Source of the DNA: Spartobacteria bacterium
GTDB lineage: Bacteria; Verrucomicrobiota; Kiritimatiellia; CAIQIC01; Lenti-01
Assembly: GCA_009930415.1 (NCBI GenBank)
Contig: RZYG01000001.1
Coordinates: 1 to 51,556 of the forward strand
Direction: 5' to 3'
DNA length: 51,556 nucleotides
Program-made: the position numbers and the translations under genes
Part shown: positions 1-7,960 of the stretch, in pieces
Position numbering within the stretch: the stretch's first letter is position 1
Layout: every line of letters starts with the position of its first letter
The notes under the pieces: generated by a model
Database searches by the model: none
What the model was told of the DNA's origin: nothing
The model's input: only the letters and a program-made list of their open reading frames with translations

Positions 1-73
1 CATGACCAACCAGACCGCCCCGCTCTACACCCCCGCCGAATGGTTGACCGCCCGCACTGCAACAGTGCGGTAG
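1..73 (+). CDS. 3' end of an unidentified CDS (partial, enters from window edge)
   Basis: Frame 2 is open from the edge to TAG at 71-73 (...MTNQTAPLYTPAEWLTARTATVR*). Codon position 3 is strongly G/C-biased. A hairpin CCGCACTG-CAA-CAGTGCGG (52-70) abuts the stop. Too short to name. Confidence 0.3.
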   Translation, partial: MTNQTAPLYTPAEWLTARTATVR

Positions 74-188
74 CTCTTCGGACGCTTACGATTCAGCGGC
101 TACAGAATCGTTGATTTGCTCCAGGCCGGAGTCAAAGGACCGGATTCACCCACGGGGCAAGCCCGCGGGGGTCTTGGCAACCGGCCGC

Positions 189-1967
189 CTATTTCTTCGC
201 GATGGGGCGGGGGGGATGGAACTTCTTCATCCAGGCGAGCTGGACGATCATCATGACCTGGTTGGTGGACCAGTAGAGGGAGAGGCCGGAGGGGAAGGAG
301 TAGAACATGAAGGTGAAGAGCACGGGCATCATCATCATCATCTTCTGCTGCTGGGGATCGCTGGTGGGGGTCATCTTCTGCTGCAGCCACATGGTGACGC
401 CCATGAAGAGCGGCAGGATGTTCAGCCCGATGGGCAGGACGTCCGCGAACAGGTTTTCCGGGGTGGAGAGGTCGGAGATCCAGAGGAACGAGGAGAAGCG
501 CAGCTCGATGGCGCCGCGCAGCACGACGAAGAGGGCGAAGAAGACGGGGATCTGGATCAGCATGGGCAGGCAGCCGCCCATCGGATTGATCTTGTGCTCC
601 TTGTAGAGCGCCATCATCTCCTGCTGCTGTTTCTGGGGGTCGCTCTTGTATTTTTCCTTCAGCGCGGTGATGAGCGGCTGGATCTCCTGCATGTGGCGGG
701 TGCTGACCATGGACTTGTGGTTCAGCGGCCAGAAGATGATCCGGATGAGGAAGGTCAGCAGGATGATGGCGACGCCGTAGCTGTAGGGCCAGACGTGGGC
801 CTGGATCCAGACCATGACCTTGAGGATCCAGATGCCGACGACGCGCCAGAAGCCGAGCTGGAGGACGTCTTCCTGGTGCGGGCCATTGGCCTGGAGTTCG
901 GTATAGACCTTGGGGCCGACGTAGAACGTGGCGGCCTGCTCGAGGGTCTGGCCCGGGGCGAGGACGTAGTCGGGCATGCGCAGGTCGGCGGCGACGCGGG
1001 CGAAGGGATAACTGGTGCGCGGGAAGAGGAACATGAAATTCGACCGGACGGGCTCGCCGCGGGCGGTCTGGACGTGGCAGCGGTCGGCGCCGTTTTCGGG
1101 CGTCAGGATCTGGACGAAGTACTTGTTCTTGATCGCGGCCCAGTCGACGTGGACGGGCTCTTCGTCGGGGCCGGGCACGGCCACGGGCGCGCCGTCGCCG
1201 CCGACGGGGAACCACTTTTCGAACTTGCCGCCCCAGTACTCGACGCTTTCGCTGCCGGTGAGGGTGTCCACGCCGAGGAGGGGGACCTGCTGCTTGCCGT
1301 CTTCGCCGGGGAGGTTTTCCATGAAGCCGGATTGCAGGCCGTAGCCGGTCAGGGGGATGGCGGCGGCCGACGTGTTTTCGATCTGGTCCAGGATCTGGAC
1401 TTGGTAATTCGTGCCGAGGGTCAGCGTGCGGGTCAGGACGAGGCCGTCGGGCAGGACCTTGCGGTAGACGATGGAATCGTCCGTGGAGTCGCCGAGCTCG
1501 AACGCGGCGCGCGGGGCGAGGCCGGGATAGCCGATGGGCGCGGCGGCGGGGCGGTCGGAGAAATCGAACGTGACGGGCACGTCCGAGCCCTTGACGGACG
1601 GATAGCCGAGAATCGCGGCGCGGACGACGCCGGCGCCGTGGGTGGACGTCGTGATTTCGAGGCGCTCGTTGCCGAGGGTGGTGAGGACTTCAAGGGAATC
1701 GTCCTCTTCCTCGACGGCGGGGGCCGGGGCTTCGGGCGCGGCGGGGGCTTCCGTTTCCGCAGCGGCCGCGGGGGGGGCGGCGGCGGCCGCGGGGGCGGCC
1801 AAGGCGGTGTCGGCCGGGAGGGAAGGGGCCTGGGCCGTCTCGACGGCGGCGGGCGCCGGCTTGGCCTTGGGCGGAAAGATCTTGGAAATGAACTTCCGGT
1901 CGAGGGTCGGATAGGCCAGGAACAGCGCGAAAATCAGGACGATGGGAATCAGGTCTTGTTTCTTCAT
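189..1967 (-). CDS. yidC: membrane protein insertase YidC
   Basis: Lies in ORF 189..2042(-). Start moved to the ATG at 1965-1967 (MKKQDLIPIVLIFALFLAY, signal-anchor). The C-terminal YidC/Oxa1 core is readable (AIILLTFLIRIIFWPLNHKSM, MALYKEHKINPMGGCLPMLIQIPVFFALF). Sits in the conserved rpmH-rnpA-yidD-yidC order. Confidence 0.9.
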   Translation of the reverse strand: MKKQDLIPIVLIFALFLAYPTLDRKFISKIFPPKAKPAPAAVETAQAPSLPADTALAAPAAAAAPPAAAAETEAPAAPEAPAPAVEEEDDSLEVLTTLGNERLEITTSTHGAGVVRAAILGYPSVKGSDVPVTFDFSDRPAAAPIGYPGLAPRAAFELGDSTDDSIVYRKVLPDGLVLTRTLTLGTNYQVQILDQIENTSAAAIPLTGYGLQSGFMENLPGEDGKQQVPLLGVDTLTGSESVEYWGGKFEKWFPVGGDGAPVAVPGPDEEPVHVDWAAIKNKYFVQILTPENGADRCHVQTARGEPVRSNFMFLFPRTSYPFARVAADLRMPDYVLAPGQTLEQAATFYVGPKVYTELQANGPHQEDVLQLGFWRVVGIWILKVMVWIQAHVWPYSYGVAIILLTFLIRIIFWPLNHKSMVSTRHMQEIQPLITALKEKYKSDPQKQQQEMMALYKEHKINPMGGCLPMLIQIPVFFALFVVLRGAIELRFSSFLWISDLSTPENLFADVLPIGLNILPLFMGVTMWLQQKMTPTSDPQQQKMMMMMPVLFTFMFYSFPSGLSLYWSTNQVMMIVQLAWMKKFHPPRPIAKK

Positions 1968-1981
1968 TCGGTTGTGCTCGC

Positions 1982-2218
1982 TTAAAGTTTCGGTTGTTTG
2001 GGCGGGACGGGATCGTAGCCGCCGGGGTTCCACGGATGGCACCGGAGGATGCGCCGGAGCCCGAGAAAAACGCCGTACCCTACCCCATGGACGCGGATGG
2101 CTTCCAGCATATAATTCGAGCAGGACGGTTCGAAGCGGCAGCAGGGGCCGAACGCGTGCTTGAGCGTTTTTTGATACACGCGGATGAAGAAGCTGAGGGT
2201 CGCGGCGACGGGATTCAT
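1982..2218 (-). CDS. yidD: membrane protein insertion efficiency factor YidD
   Basis: The last 78 codons of ORF 1982..2890(-) read [45 protein letters not shown]...[13 protein letters not shown], the typical YidD signature. The upstream part of that ORF is Arg/Pro-rich shadow. The start overlaps the rnpA stop by 4 nt. Confidence 0.9.
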   Translation of the reverse strand: MNPVAATLSFFIRVYQKTLKHAFGPCCRFEPSCSNYMLEAIRVHGVGYGVFLGLRRILRCHPWNPGGYDPVPPKQPKL

Positions 2219-2643
2219 TTTGCGGCGGGGGGCGGCGTCAGGCCGGCCTGCGCGGCCAGCTTGAGCAGGTCGGCGACGACCTCCGCCCACGGCGCGGCCA
2301 AGATGGAACGGCGCGCGACGAGCACGACGTCGTCGGTGCCGGCGGTGAATTCGGCGCGCTGGCGGCGAAAGGCTTCGCGCAGGCGGCGTTTGGCGCGGGC
2401 GCGCTCCGGGGCATTGCCGACTTTTTTGCTGGCCACCACGCCAAGGCGGCGGGAGGCGTCGGGCGCGGCGCGCAGAAAGAGGACCATGGTCCGGCCATGC
2501 CAGCGGCGATCCTGGTCGTAGGCCTGCTGGAACTGCGCCGTGTGCCGCAGGCGCTGCTTGCGGCCGAAGGTTTCGCGGACGCAAAACGCCCGGCCGGGGA
2601 CCTGCGGGTCGGACGGGGCCGGGCGGTCGCTGCCGGGTTGCAT
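2215..2643 (-). CDS. rnpA: ribonuclease P protein component
   Basis: 142 aa, basic, with the RnpA-like core ([12 protein letters not shown]..., [28 protein letters not shown]). Positioned between rpmH and yidD. The exact start is uncertain. Confidence 0.8.
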   Translation of the reverse strand: MQPGSDRPAPSDPQVPGRAFCVRETFGRKQRLRHTAQFQQAYDQDRRWHGRTMVLFLRAAPDASRRLGVVASKKVGNAPERARAKRRLREAFRRQRAEFTAGTDDVVLVARRSILAAPWAEVVADLLKLAAQAGLTPPPAAK

Positions 2644-2679
2644 GGAAAACTCGTCCCCGGCGCGGGGGCGAACGGGGGG

Positions 2680-2826
2680 TTACTTCCGGTCGCTGACGGT
2701 CAAGGACTTGCGGCCCTTGGCGCGGCGGCGGCTGAGGGTCTTGCGGCCGTTGGCCGTGGCCATCTTGGCCCGGAAACCGTGCTTGCGGGCGCGCTTGATC
2801 TTGGAGGGGTGATAAGTCGGTTGCAT
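2680..2826 (-). CDS. rpmH: 50S ribosomal protein L34
   Basis: Not in the supplied ORF track (too short). Hand translation of the minus strand from ATG 2824-2826 gives [48 protein letters not shown], a textbook L34 sequence. Stop TAA at 2680-2682. Confidence 0.9.
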   Translation of the reverse strand: MQPTYHPSKIKRARKHGFRAKMATANGRKTLSRRRAKGRKSLTVSDRK

Positions 2827-3012
2827 GGGGGAACCTTTCTTCTATGAAATGGAAGGGCCGTGTGTAGCGCGTTTGCGGCGCGGAAGTCAACCCCTTAATG
2901 AGAAATTAACGGCTTTTGGGGAGCCAAAGCTTGCCAAAGGGGTGGAAGCGCCGGTACTTTTTGCGGCAATCAAAACCAGCGGCCGGGCGCACCGGCCAAG
3001 GAGAGGAGACTC

Positions 3013-3927
3013 ATGAAGAAGGCGGCAAAAATCGCGGCGGCGTTCTGTGCGGCGGGCCTGTTGGGCCTGGCGGCGGCGCAGGCGGAAGGCAATCTGCGTT
3101 ACTCGATCACGGTCACCAAGTTCGCGAACGAAGCGGGCTGGTCAGGCCGGTGGGACGTCGGCGACGGCTTCACGACGATCATGACCGATGCCCTCCAGCA
3201 GAACGGCAAGTTCATCGTCTTGGGCGATGCCGAGATGCGCCAAGAAGCGATGAAGGAACAGGATCTGGCGGCCAGCGGCCGCATGGCCGGCGGCAACAAG
3301 GCCCCGCAGGTCGGCCGGATGACGCCCGCCCAACTGCTGGTGCGCGGCTCGATCACCCACGTGCAGGACGAAACCACCGGCGGCAGCGGCGGCCTCAATT
3401 TCCGCGGCATTTCCATCGGCGGCTCGAAGGGCAAGGCCGAAGTCAACATCACCATCTACCTGGTGGACAGCGAGACCGGCCAGGTCAAGGCGTCGCAGAA
3501 GGTCGTCGGCCAGGCCGGCCGGCGCGGGCTGGGCGTGGGCTACCACGGCAGCGCGCTGGGCGGACTCGGCGGCAACTTGGAAGGCTTCCAGAAAGACAAC
3601 GTCGGCAAGGCCTGCGAAGACGCCGTGGTCCAGTGCGTGGAGTTCCTCGAGAGCCAGCTCGAAAGCATTCCGTGGGAAGCTTCCATCATGCTGGCGGGCG
3701 CGGACAAGCTGGTCATCAATCGCGGCACGCGCGAAGGCGTCGCGGCCGGCATGTCCTTCCAGGTCGGCGCGACCGAGGAACTGGTCGATCCGGACACCGG
3801 CGAAGTGCTCGACGTCGAAATGAAGACCCTCGGCACGACGCAGGTCACGGAAGCCAAGGAAAAGATCGCCTATTGCACGCCGGTCGCCGGCGCTGAAAAA
3901 GGCATGAGCGTCTTGCCGGCGAAGTAG
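3013..3927 (+). CDS. CsgG-family secretion/assembly protein (curli-type channel family), secreted
   Basis: GGAGAGGAGA lies upstream of the ATG. N-terminal signal peptide (MKKAAKIAAAFCAAGLLGLAAAQA). CsgG-like core readable (ITVTKFANEAG...GDGFTTIMTDALQQNGKFIVL...EQDLAASGR...AQLLVRGSITHV). Confidence 0.65.
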   Translation: MKKAAKIAAAFCAAGLLGLAAAQAEGNLRYSITVTKFANEAGWSGRWDVGDGFTTIMTDALQQNGKFIVLGDAEMRQEAMKEQDLAASGRMAGGNKAPQVGRMTPAQLLVRGSITHVQDETTGGSGGLNFRGISIGGSKGKAEVNITIYLVDSETGQVKASQKVVGQAGRRGLGVGYHGSALGGLGGNLEGFQKDNVGKACEDAVVQCVEFLESQLESIPWEASIMLAGADKLVINRGTREGVAAGMSFQVGATEELVDPDTGEVLDVEMKTLGTTQVTEAKEKIAYCTPVAGAEKGMSVLPAK

Positions 3928-3941
3928 GCCGATCGAACCAT

Positions 3942-4109
3942 CCCGGCACGGGGTCGTGCCGGCTCCAAAACAGCCGCGGTTTCCATTCCCTGGAGCCCCC
4001 GACGACCCCGTCGGGGGGGGGGGCAAAACCGGTCGAGACGGAGCTCGCCCCTCCAGAACAGCCGGGACCGTCTGTTTCCGCGACTGGAGGGGCAACCTCC
4101 GTGTTGCCC
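3942..4109. repeat. cluster of REP-like composite hairpins in a 240-nt intergenic region
   Basis: Hairpin CCGGCACG-GGGT-CGTGCCGG (3943-3962). Inverted CTCCA/CTGGAG (3963-3967 / 3990-3995). Hairpin CCCCCGACG-ACCC-CGTCGGGGG (3996-4017) running into a G11 tract. A second unit CCCCTCCAG...CTGGAGGGG (4048-4092). Hairpin GGGCAAC-CTCCGT-GTTGCCC (4090-4109). The same composite recurs at 51378-51445. Confidence 0.5.
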
Positions 4110-4166
4110 GGCAAAGCAACGCAAGATCATTTTGTGCAACATCCTAATCCATCCAGGAGTCCCCCC

Positions 4167-5210
4167 ATGCAAAACGAAATCGTTCCCGCCGTTCCGCCTG
4201 CGCCCGCCGCCGATCCGGCGGTGCGCCATCACTATCCGCTTGCCGTACGCCAGGCGTCGCTCGGCGCCGCGTTCGGCCTGTTCCTGAAAACGCTGCCGTA
4301 CGCGCTGGCGCGATTCGGCATCCTGATCGTCGTCTCGCTGGTGACCATCGTCTGGGGCGTCGTCACGTTCGGCGGCGCGGCTTTTGCCGGCAACAAGATC
4401 CATCCGGTCGTCGGCTGGGGCTGGTTCGCGGTCGGCGCGGGCGTCTACGGCTGGGCCTGGCATTTCGTCGTCCGCTACGCCCTCTATCTGGTCAAGTGCG
4501 GGCACGTCGCGGTGCTGACGGAACTGGTGACGCGCGGCGAAATCGGCAACGGGGCCGAGGGGATGTTCGCCTACGGCAAGCGGATCGTGACGGAGCGGTT
4601 CGCGCAGACCAACGTGCTCTTCGCGATGGACCTGCTGGTGGAAGGCGTCGTGCGCGCCTTCAACCGCACCCTCGACTGGGTGGGCAATCTGCTGCCCGTC
4701 CCCGGCATGCAGGGGTTGATGAACATCGTCAAGGCCCTGCTGCACAGCGCCTCGACCTACATCGACGAAACCATTTTCTCGTATCTGCTGGCCCGCAACG
4801 AAACCAACCCGTGGCGCGGCGGGCAGGAAGGCTTGATCTACTACTGCCAGAACGCCAAGCCCATCCTCAAGACCGCCATCTGGGTGGTCGTGCTCGACAA
4901 GGTGCTCACCGTCGTGCTGTGGGCGATCATGCTGCTGCCCGCGTTGCTCGTGGCCCAGCTGTTCCCGGAAGGCTCCGCCGCGATCTGGACGTTCGGCATC
5001 GCCGTGCTGTTCGCGGCCAACGCCCGAAGCGCGTTCCTCGAGCCGTTGTTCCTGATCATGGTCATGACGACTTTCCACGTCAGCGTCGAGAACCAGCCCA
5101 TCAACCTCGAATGGGACGCTCGCCTGACCTCCCTCAGCGGCAAGTTCAAGGAACTCAAGGACAAGGCCGCCGCGTGGGTCTCCGGCAAGCCGGCGCCGGC
5201 ATCTGCCTGA
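4167..5210 (+). CDS. multi-pass membrane protein, unknown function
   Basis: In frame with ORF 4101..5210. Start placed at ATG 4167, 8 nt after AGGAG, because the GTG at 4101 lies inside a hairpin. Several hydrophobic segments (GILIVVSLVTIVWGVVTFGG, VVLDKVLTVVLWAIMLLPALLV). No family recognised. Confidence 0.6.
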   Translation: MQNEIVPAVPPAPAADPAVRHHYPLAVRQASLGAAFGLFLKTLPYALARFGILIVVSLVTIVWGVVTFGGAAFAGNKIHPVVGWGWFAVGAGVYGWAWHFVVRYALYLVKCGHVAVLTELVTRGEIGNGAEGMFAYGKRIVTERFAQTNVLFAMDLLVEGVVRAFNRTLDWVGNLLPVPGMQGLMNIVKALLHSASTYIDETIFSYLLARNETNPWRGGQEGLIYYCQNAKPILKTAIWVVVLDKVLTVVLWAIMLLPALLVAQLFPEGSAAIWTFGIAVLFAANARSAFLEPLFLIMVMTTFHVSVENQPINLEWDARLTSLSGKFKELKDKAAAWVSGKPAPASA

Positions 5211-5317
5211 CACGCCAGGCACGTTCGGCGATGTCGGGGCTGAGCTGGCGCAGACCGGGTTGGAGCCGGAACAGCCAACCGCGAAATTCACGAATGGCAC
5301 GAAAGGGGGAACGGGCA

Positions 5318-5350
5318 GGACGCCGCGCCGCATCGGCGCGGCGTTTCCGT
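5318..5350 (+). terminator. rho-independent terminator candidate
   Basis: An 11-bp GC stem ACGCCGCGCCG-CAT-CGGCGCGGCGT (5320-5344) followed by TTCCGTT, downstream of the 4167..5210 gene. Confidence 0.55.
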
Positions 5351-5613
5351 TGACGGCCAAGGGGGTGGGGGCTAGGATGCGATCAAGTCGGACCGCATTA
5401 CTCTTTGACACATGCCGGAACTGAATACACAGCAGAAAGCGCATCGGCATTTGGGCACGCAACTGGCCGACCTTGGTTGGTTCGTTCAGATTTACAAGCA
5501 ATCCATGCTCGCTGCCGGGTGGAAATCGCGCTTTGGGAAGCCGCCATGCCGTGCATCTGCACCAGTCCATGAAGCCGAAGGCATTCGAAGGGTATCTTGT
5601 TGAGGAGTAAATC

Positions 5614-6927
5614 ATGAGCGAAAAAAGTCTCACCCATACATCCGACCGAAAGCTGATCATGGAACTGGCCAGCCATTATCGGCAAGGGGCGCTGAATTTG
5701 GAGCCGGGATTCCAACGCGATTCGGTGTGGAAGGAGCGGGACCGGGCCCACTTGATCAATAGCGTGTTGCGCAATTATCCGTTGCCGGCCATTTTTCTTT
5801 ATCGGCGCGAGGATGGCGGCCAACTGATTTACGATGTGATCGATGGCAAGCAACGGCTGGAGTCGATTTTCAAATTCATGGGGGTGCTTCGAGGCCGGTT
5901 CCGGACCAAGGTCAAACTGCCCGGGGAAGAGGCCGAAGAATGGATCGACTGGAGCCGGCTTTGTAAAAGGCGGCTGCAGCATCTGGTCACTGGTTACGAG
6001 ATTCCCACCATCGAGGTGAAGGGATCTTTTACCGACATCGTGGACGTATTCGTGCGCATCAATTCAACCGGCAAGGCGCTTACACCGCAGGAAAAGCGTC
6101 ATGCGAAGTACTACGACAGCGCTTTCCTCAAGGGGGCGCACCGGGTTGCCAAGCGCTTCGAACGCCGATTTCTGAAAACAGAGGTGATGTCGGCGTCCGA
6201 TATCAGCCGGATGAAACACGTGGAGTTGGCGGCCGAGATCATGCTGTCGCTGCATCAGGGAGATGTGCTGAACAAGAAAACGGCGCTGGACCGCATCATG
6301 GCTTCGGACTCGCTCGACGGCCGCAGCATCAAAAAGGCGGCGCGCGCGACGGTTTCTGCGATCGGACGTGTGTTTCGGATGTTTCCTAAACTGCGGCAAA
6401 CGCGGTTCCGCCGGGTCACCGATTTCTATTCGCTTGTTGTTTTAACCGGGAAATTCCAGCAGGAACGCTTTATCTTGACGGACCGGCGACGCAACCGGCT
6501 GGCATGGGATTTGCTGGTGGCCTTTGGCGCGAAAGTGGACAAAATGCGCGAGAAGCAGCGCAACCTCGAAAACGTGAAAACCGGCGAGGAAATCTATCGG
6601 GCCTACCTGATGACCGTATCGCAAATGACCGACGACATCAGCCAGCGGCGCAAGCGAGAAGAAATCCTGCGGGGCATTTTGGGCAGCCTGTTCGCCCAAA
6701 AAGACACCCAGCGCGGATTCACTGCGGAACAGCGCCGGATTCTTTGGAACCAATCCGCTTCCCGGAAATGCAAAGGCTGCGGAAAGACCTTGAGCTGGAC
6801 GGACTTTACCATCGACCACATCGATCCGCACAGCAAGGGTGGCCGCTCTCGGCTCGAAAACGCCGCTCTGATGTGCCGAAGGTGCAATTCGGCCAAGGGT
6901 GCCCACAGAAAACGGCGGAGGATGTGA
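5614..6927 (+). CDS. DUF262 (ParB-like, GmrSD N-terminal type) + C-terminal HNH endonuclease fusion protein
   Basis: GAGGAG precedes the ATG. N-terminal DUF262 hallmarks (LNLEPGFQRDSVW, YPLPAIFLY, DVIDGKQRLESIF = DGQQR-type motif). C-terminal HNH with flanking Cys pairs (CKGCGKTLSWTDFTIDHIDPHSKGG...NAALMCRRCNSAKG). The gene is visibly less G+C-rich than its neighbours. Confidence 0.8.
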   Translation: MSEKSLTHTSDRKLIMELASHYRQGALNLEPGFQRDSVWKERDRAHLINSVLRNYPLPAIFLYRREDGGQLIYDVIDGKQRLESIFKFMGVLRGRFRTKVKLPGEEAEEWIDWSRLCKRRLQHLVTGYEIPTIEVKGSFTDIVDVFVRINSTGKALTPQEKRHAKYYDSAFLKGAHRVAKRFERRFLKTEVMSASDISRMKHVELAAEIMLSLHQGDVLNKKTALDRIMASDSLDGRSIKKAARATVSAIGRVFRMFPKLRQTRFRRVTDFYSLVVLTGKFQQERFILTDRRRNRLAWDLLVAFGAKVDKMREKQRNLENVKTGEEIYRAYLMTVSQMTDDISQRRKREEILRGILGSLFAQKDTQRGFTAEQRRILWNQSASRKCKGCGKTLSWTDFTIDHIDPHSKGGRSRLENAALMCRRCNSAKGAHRKRRRM

Positions 6928-6988
6928 GCGGCGCAACATGCCTACACCAACCCATATTGCCTAAGGCAATTGCAGAGAGGCCGGCGTA

Positions 6989-7948
6989 ATGGAATCGGCT
7001 CGGTTGGCGAATCGCCAAAGCATTCGGAAAAAGGGATGGGACTACGCCGCCGCCGCCGGCTATTTCGTGACGATCAACACGCACCGAAGCCGGGCGCTGT
7101 TCGGGACCATCGTGAACGGGCGGGCGGTATTAAGCGAAGCGGGGCGGGTGGCCGAGGCGGAGTGGCGAAAGAGCGCGGTCGTCCGCAGGGGGATTGAATT
7201 GGATGAGTTCGTGATCATGCCGAATCACGTGCATGGGATCGTATGGTTGCAGGGGCTTGATGCATCAAGCCCGTCCCGGGGGGAATTTGGCCGGCCGGTG
7301 GCGGGGGCGCTGGGGACGTTGGTGGGCGCATACAAGGCGGCGGTGTCGCGCGAGCTGCGGCGGAAGGGCTTGATCCATCCAGCCCGTCCGATTTGGCATC
7401 GCAATTATTGGGACGTGATCGTGTGGGACGGGAAGGCGCTGGCGGGCATCCGCAAATACATCCGGGAAAATCCGCAGCATTACGCGGCGATGGCGAACAT
7501 GCGCGAGCTGCGGTGGATCGGGAACCGCAAGCTATTCGAGGGCCCGAAAATGGGGTTCATGGCCTCGCGGGGCGTGGACGGGGTTCCGTGCGGTTTGCCG
7601 GTGAAGCCCGGCGAAGCGATTGTCAGCGGTTTTCTTTCTCCCATGGAGCAGGCCGTGTTCAGAGCCGGACTGGCGCAGCAGTGGCCGTTGATCTGGGTGA
7701 AGCCCTGGGGGCAGGAGGACCGCGCAAGCTCCGAATCCGTTCGCCACGCTCTCGAAGAAGGGCGGTTGCTGATCGTATCGCCGTTTGCCGACGGCATGGA
7801 TGGCCCGAACATGCGGCGGGCAGCTTGGTGCAACCAATATGTCCTGAAGACGTGCGACCGGCTGGCGGTGGGGCATTTGAATCCCGGCGGCCTACTGGCG
7901 TGCGTGTTGTCCGAAGTCGATCCGGATAAGGAAATCCTGTATTTATGA
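6989..7948 (+). CDS. REP-associated tyrosine transposase-like (Y1/HUH) domain fused to a DprA/SLOG-like C-terminal domain
   Basis: The N-terminal ~170 aa carry the HUH motif (MPNHVHGIVW) and the Tyr region (WHRNYWDVIVWDGKALAGIRKYIRENP) typical of RAYT/IS200-like Y1 enzymes. The C-terminal ~130 aa align by eye to the DprA Rossmann core (IVSGFLSPMEQAVFRAGL..., EEGRLLIVSPF..., RRAAWCNQYVLKTCDRLAVGHLNPGG). Confidence 0.7.
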   Translation: MESARLANRQSIRKKGWDYAAAAGYFVTINTHRSRALFGTIVNGRAVLSEAGRVAEAEWRKSAVVRRGIELDEFVIMPNHVHGIVWLQGLDASSPSRGEFGRPVAGALGTLVGAYKAAVSRELRRKGLIHPARPIWHRNYWDVIVWDGKALAGIRKYIRENPQHYAAMANMRELRWIGNRKLFEGPKMGFMASRGVDGVPCGLPVKPGEAIVSGFLSPMEQAVFRAGLAQQWPLIWVKPWGQEDRASSESVRHALEEGRLLIVSPFADGMDGPNMRRAAWCNQYVLKTCDRLAVGHLNPGGLLACVLSEVDPDKEILYL

Positions 7949-7960
7949 CCGCATGACGTC

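Noticed and set aside
100-1985. ORFs 100..1215(-) and 111..1985(+) overlapping yidC.
   Set aside because: These are Arg/Pro-rich or Gly/Asp/Glu-rich shadow frames. The YidC frame has the conserved insertase core.
2827-3012. Chromosomal origin (oriC) next to rpmH, as in many bacteria.
   Set aside because: There is no dnaA gene adjacent and I saw no cluster of DnaA-box-like 9-mers (TTATCCACA or variants) in the intergenic region. The divergent neighbour is a CsgG-like gene.
5412-5603. A 63-aa ORF upstream of the DUF262-HNH gene, and the antisense 194-aa ORF 5398..5982.
   Set aside because: There is no recognisable motif or ribosome-binding site. The antisense ORF overlaps the well-supported DUF262 start. 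This is left unannotated; a small regulatory peptide or antitoxin-like gene cannot be excluded without homology data.
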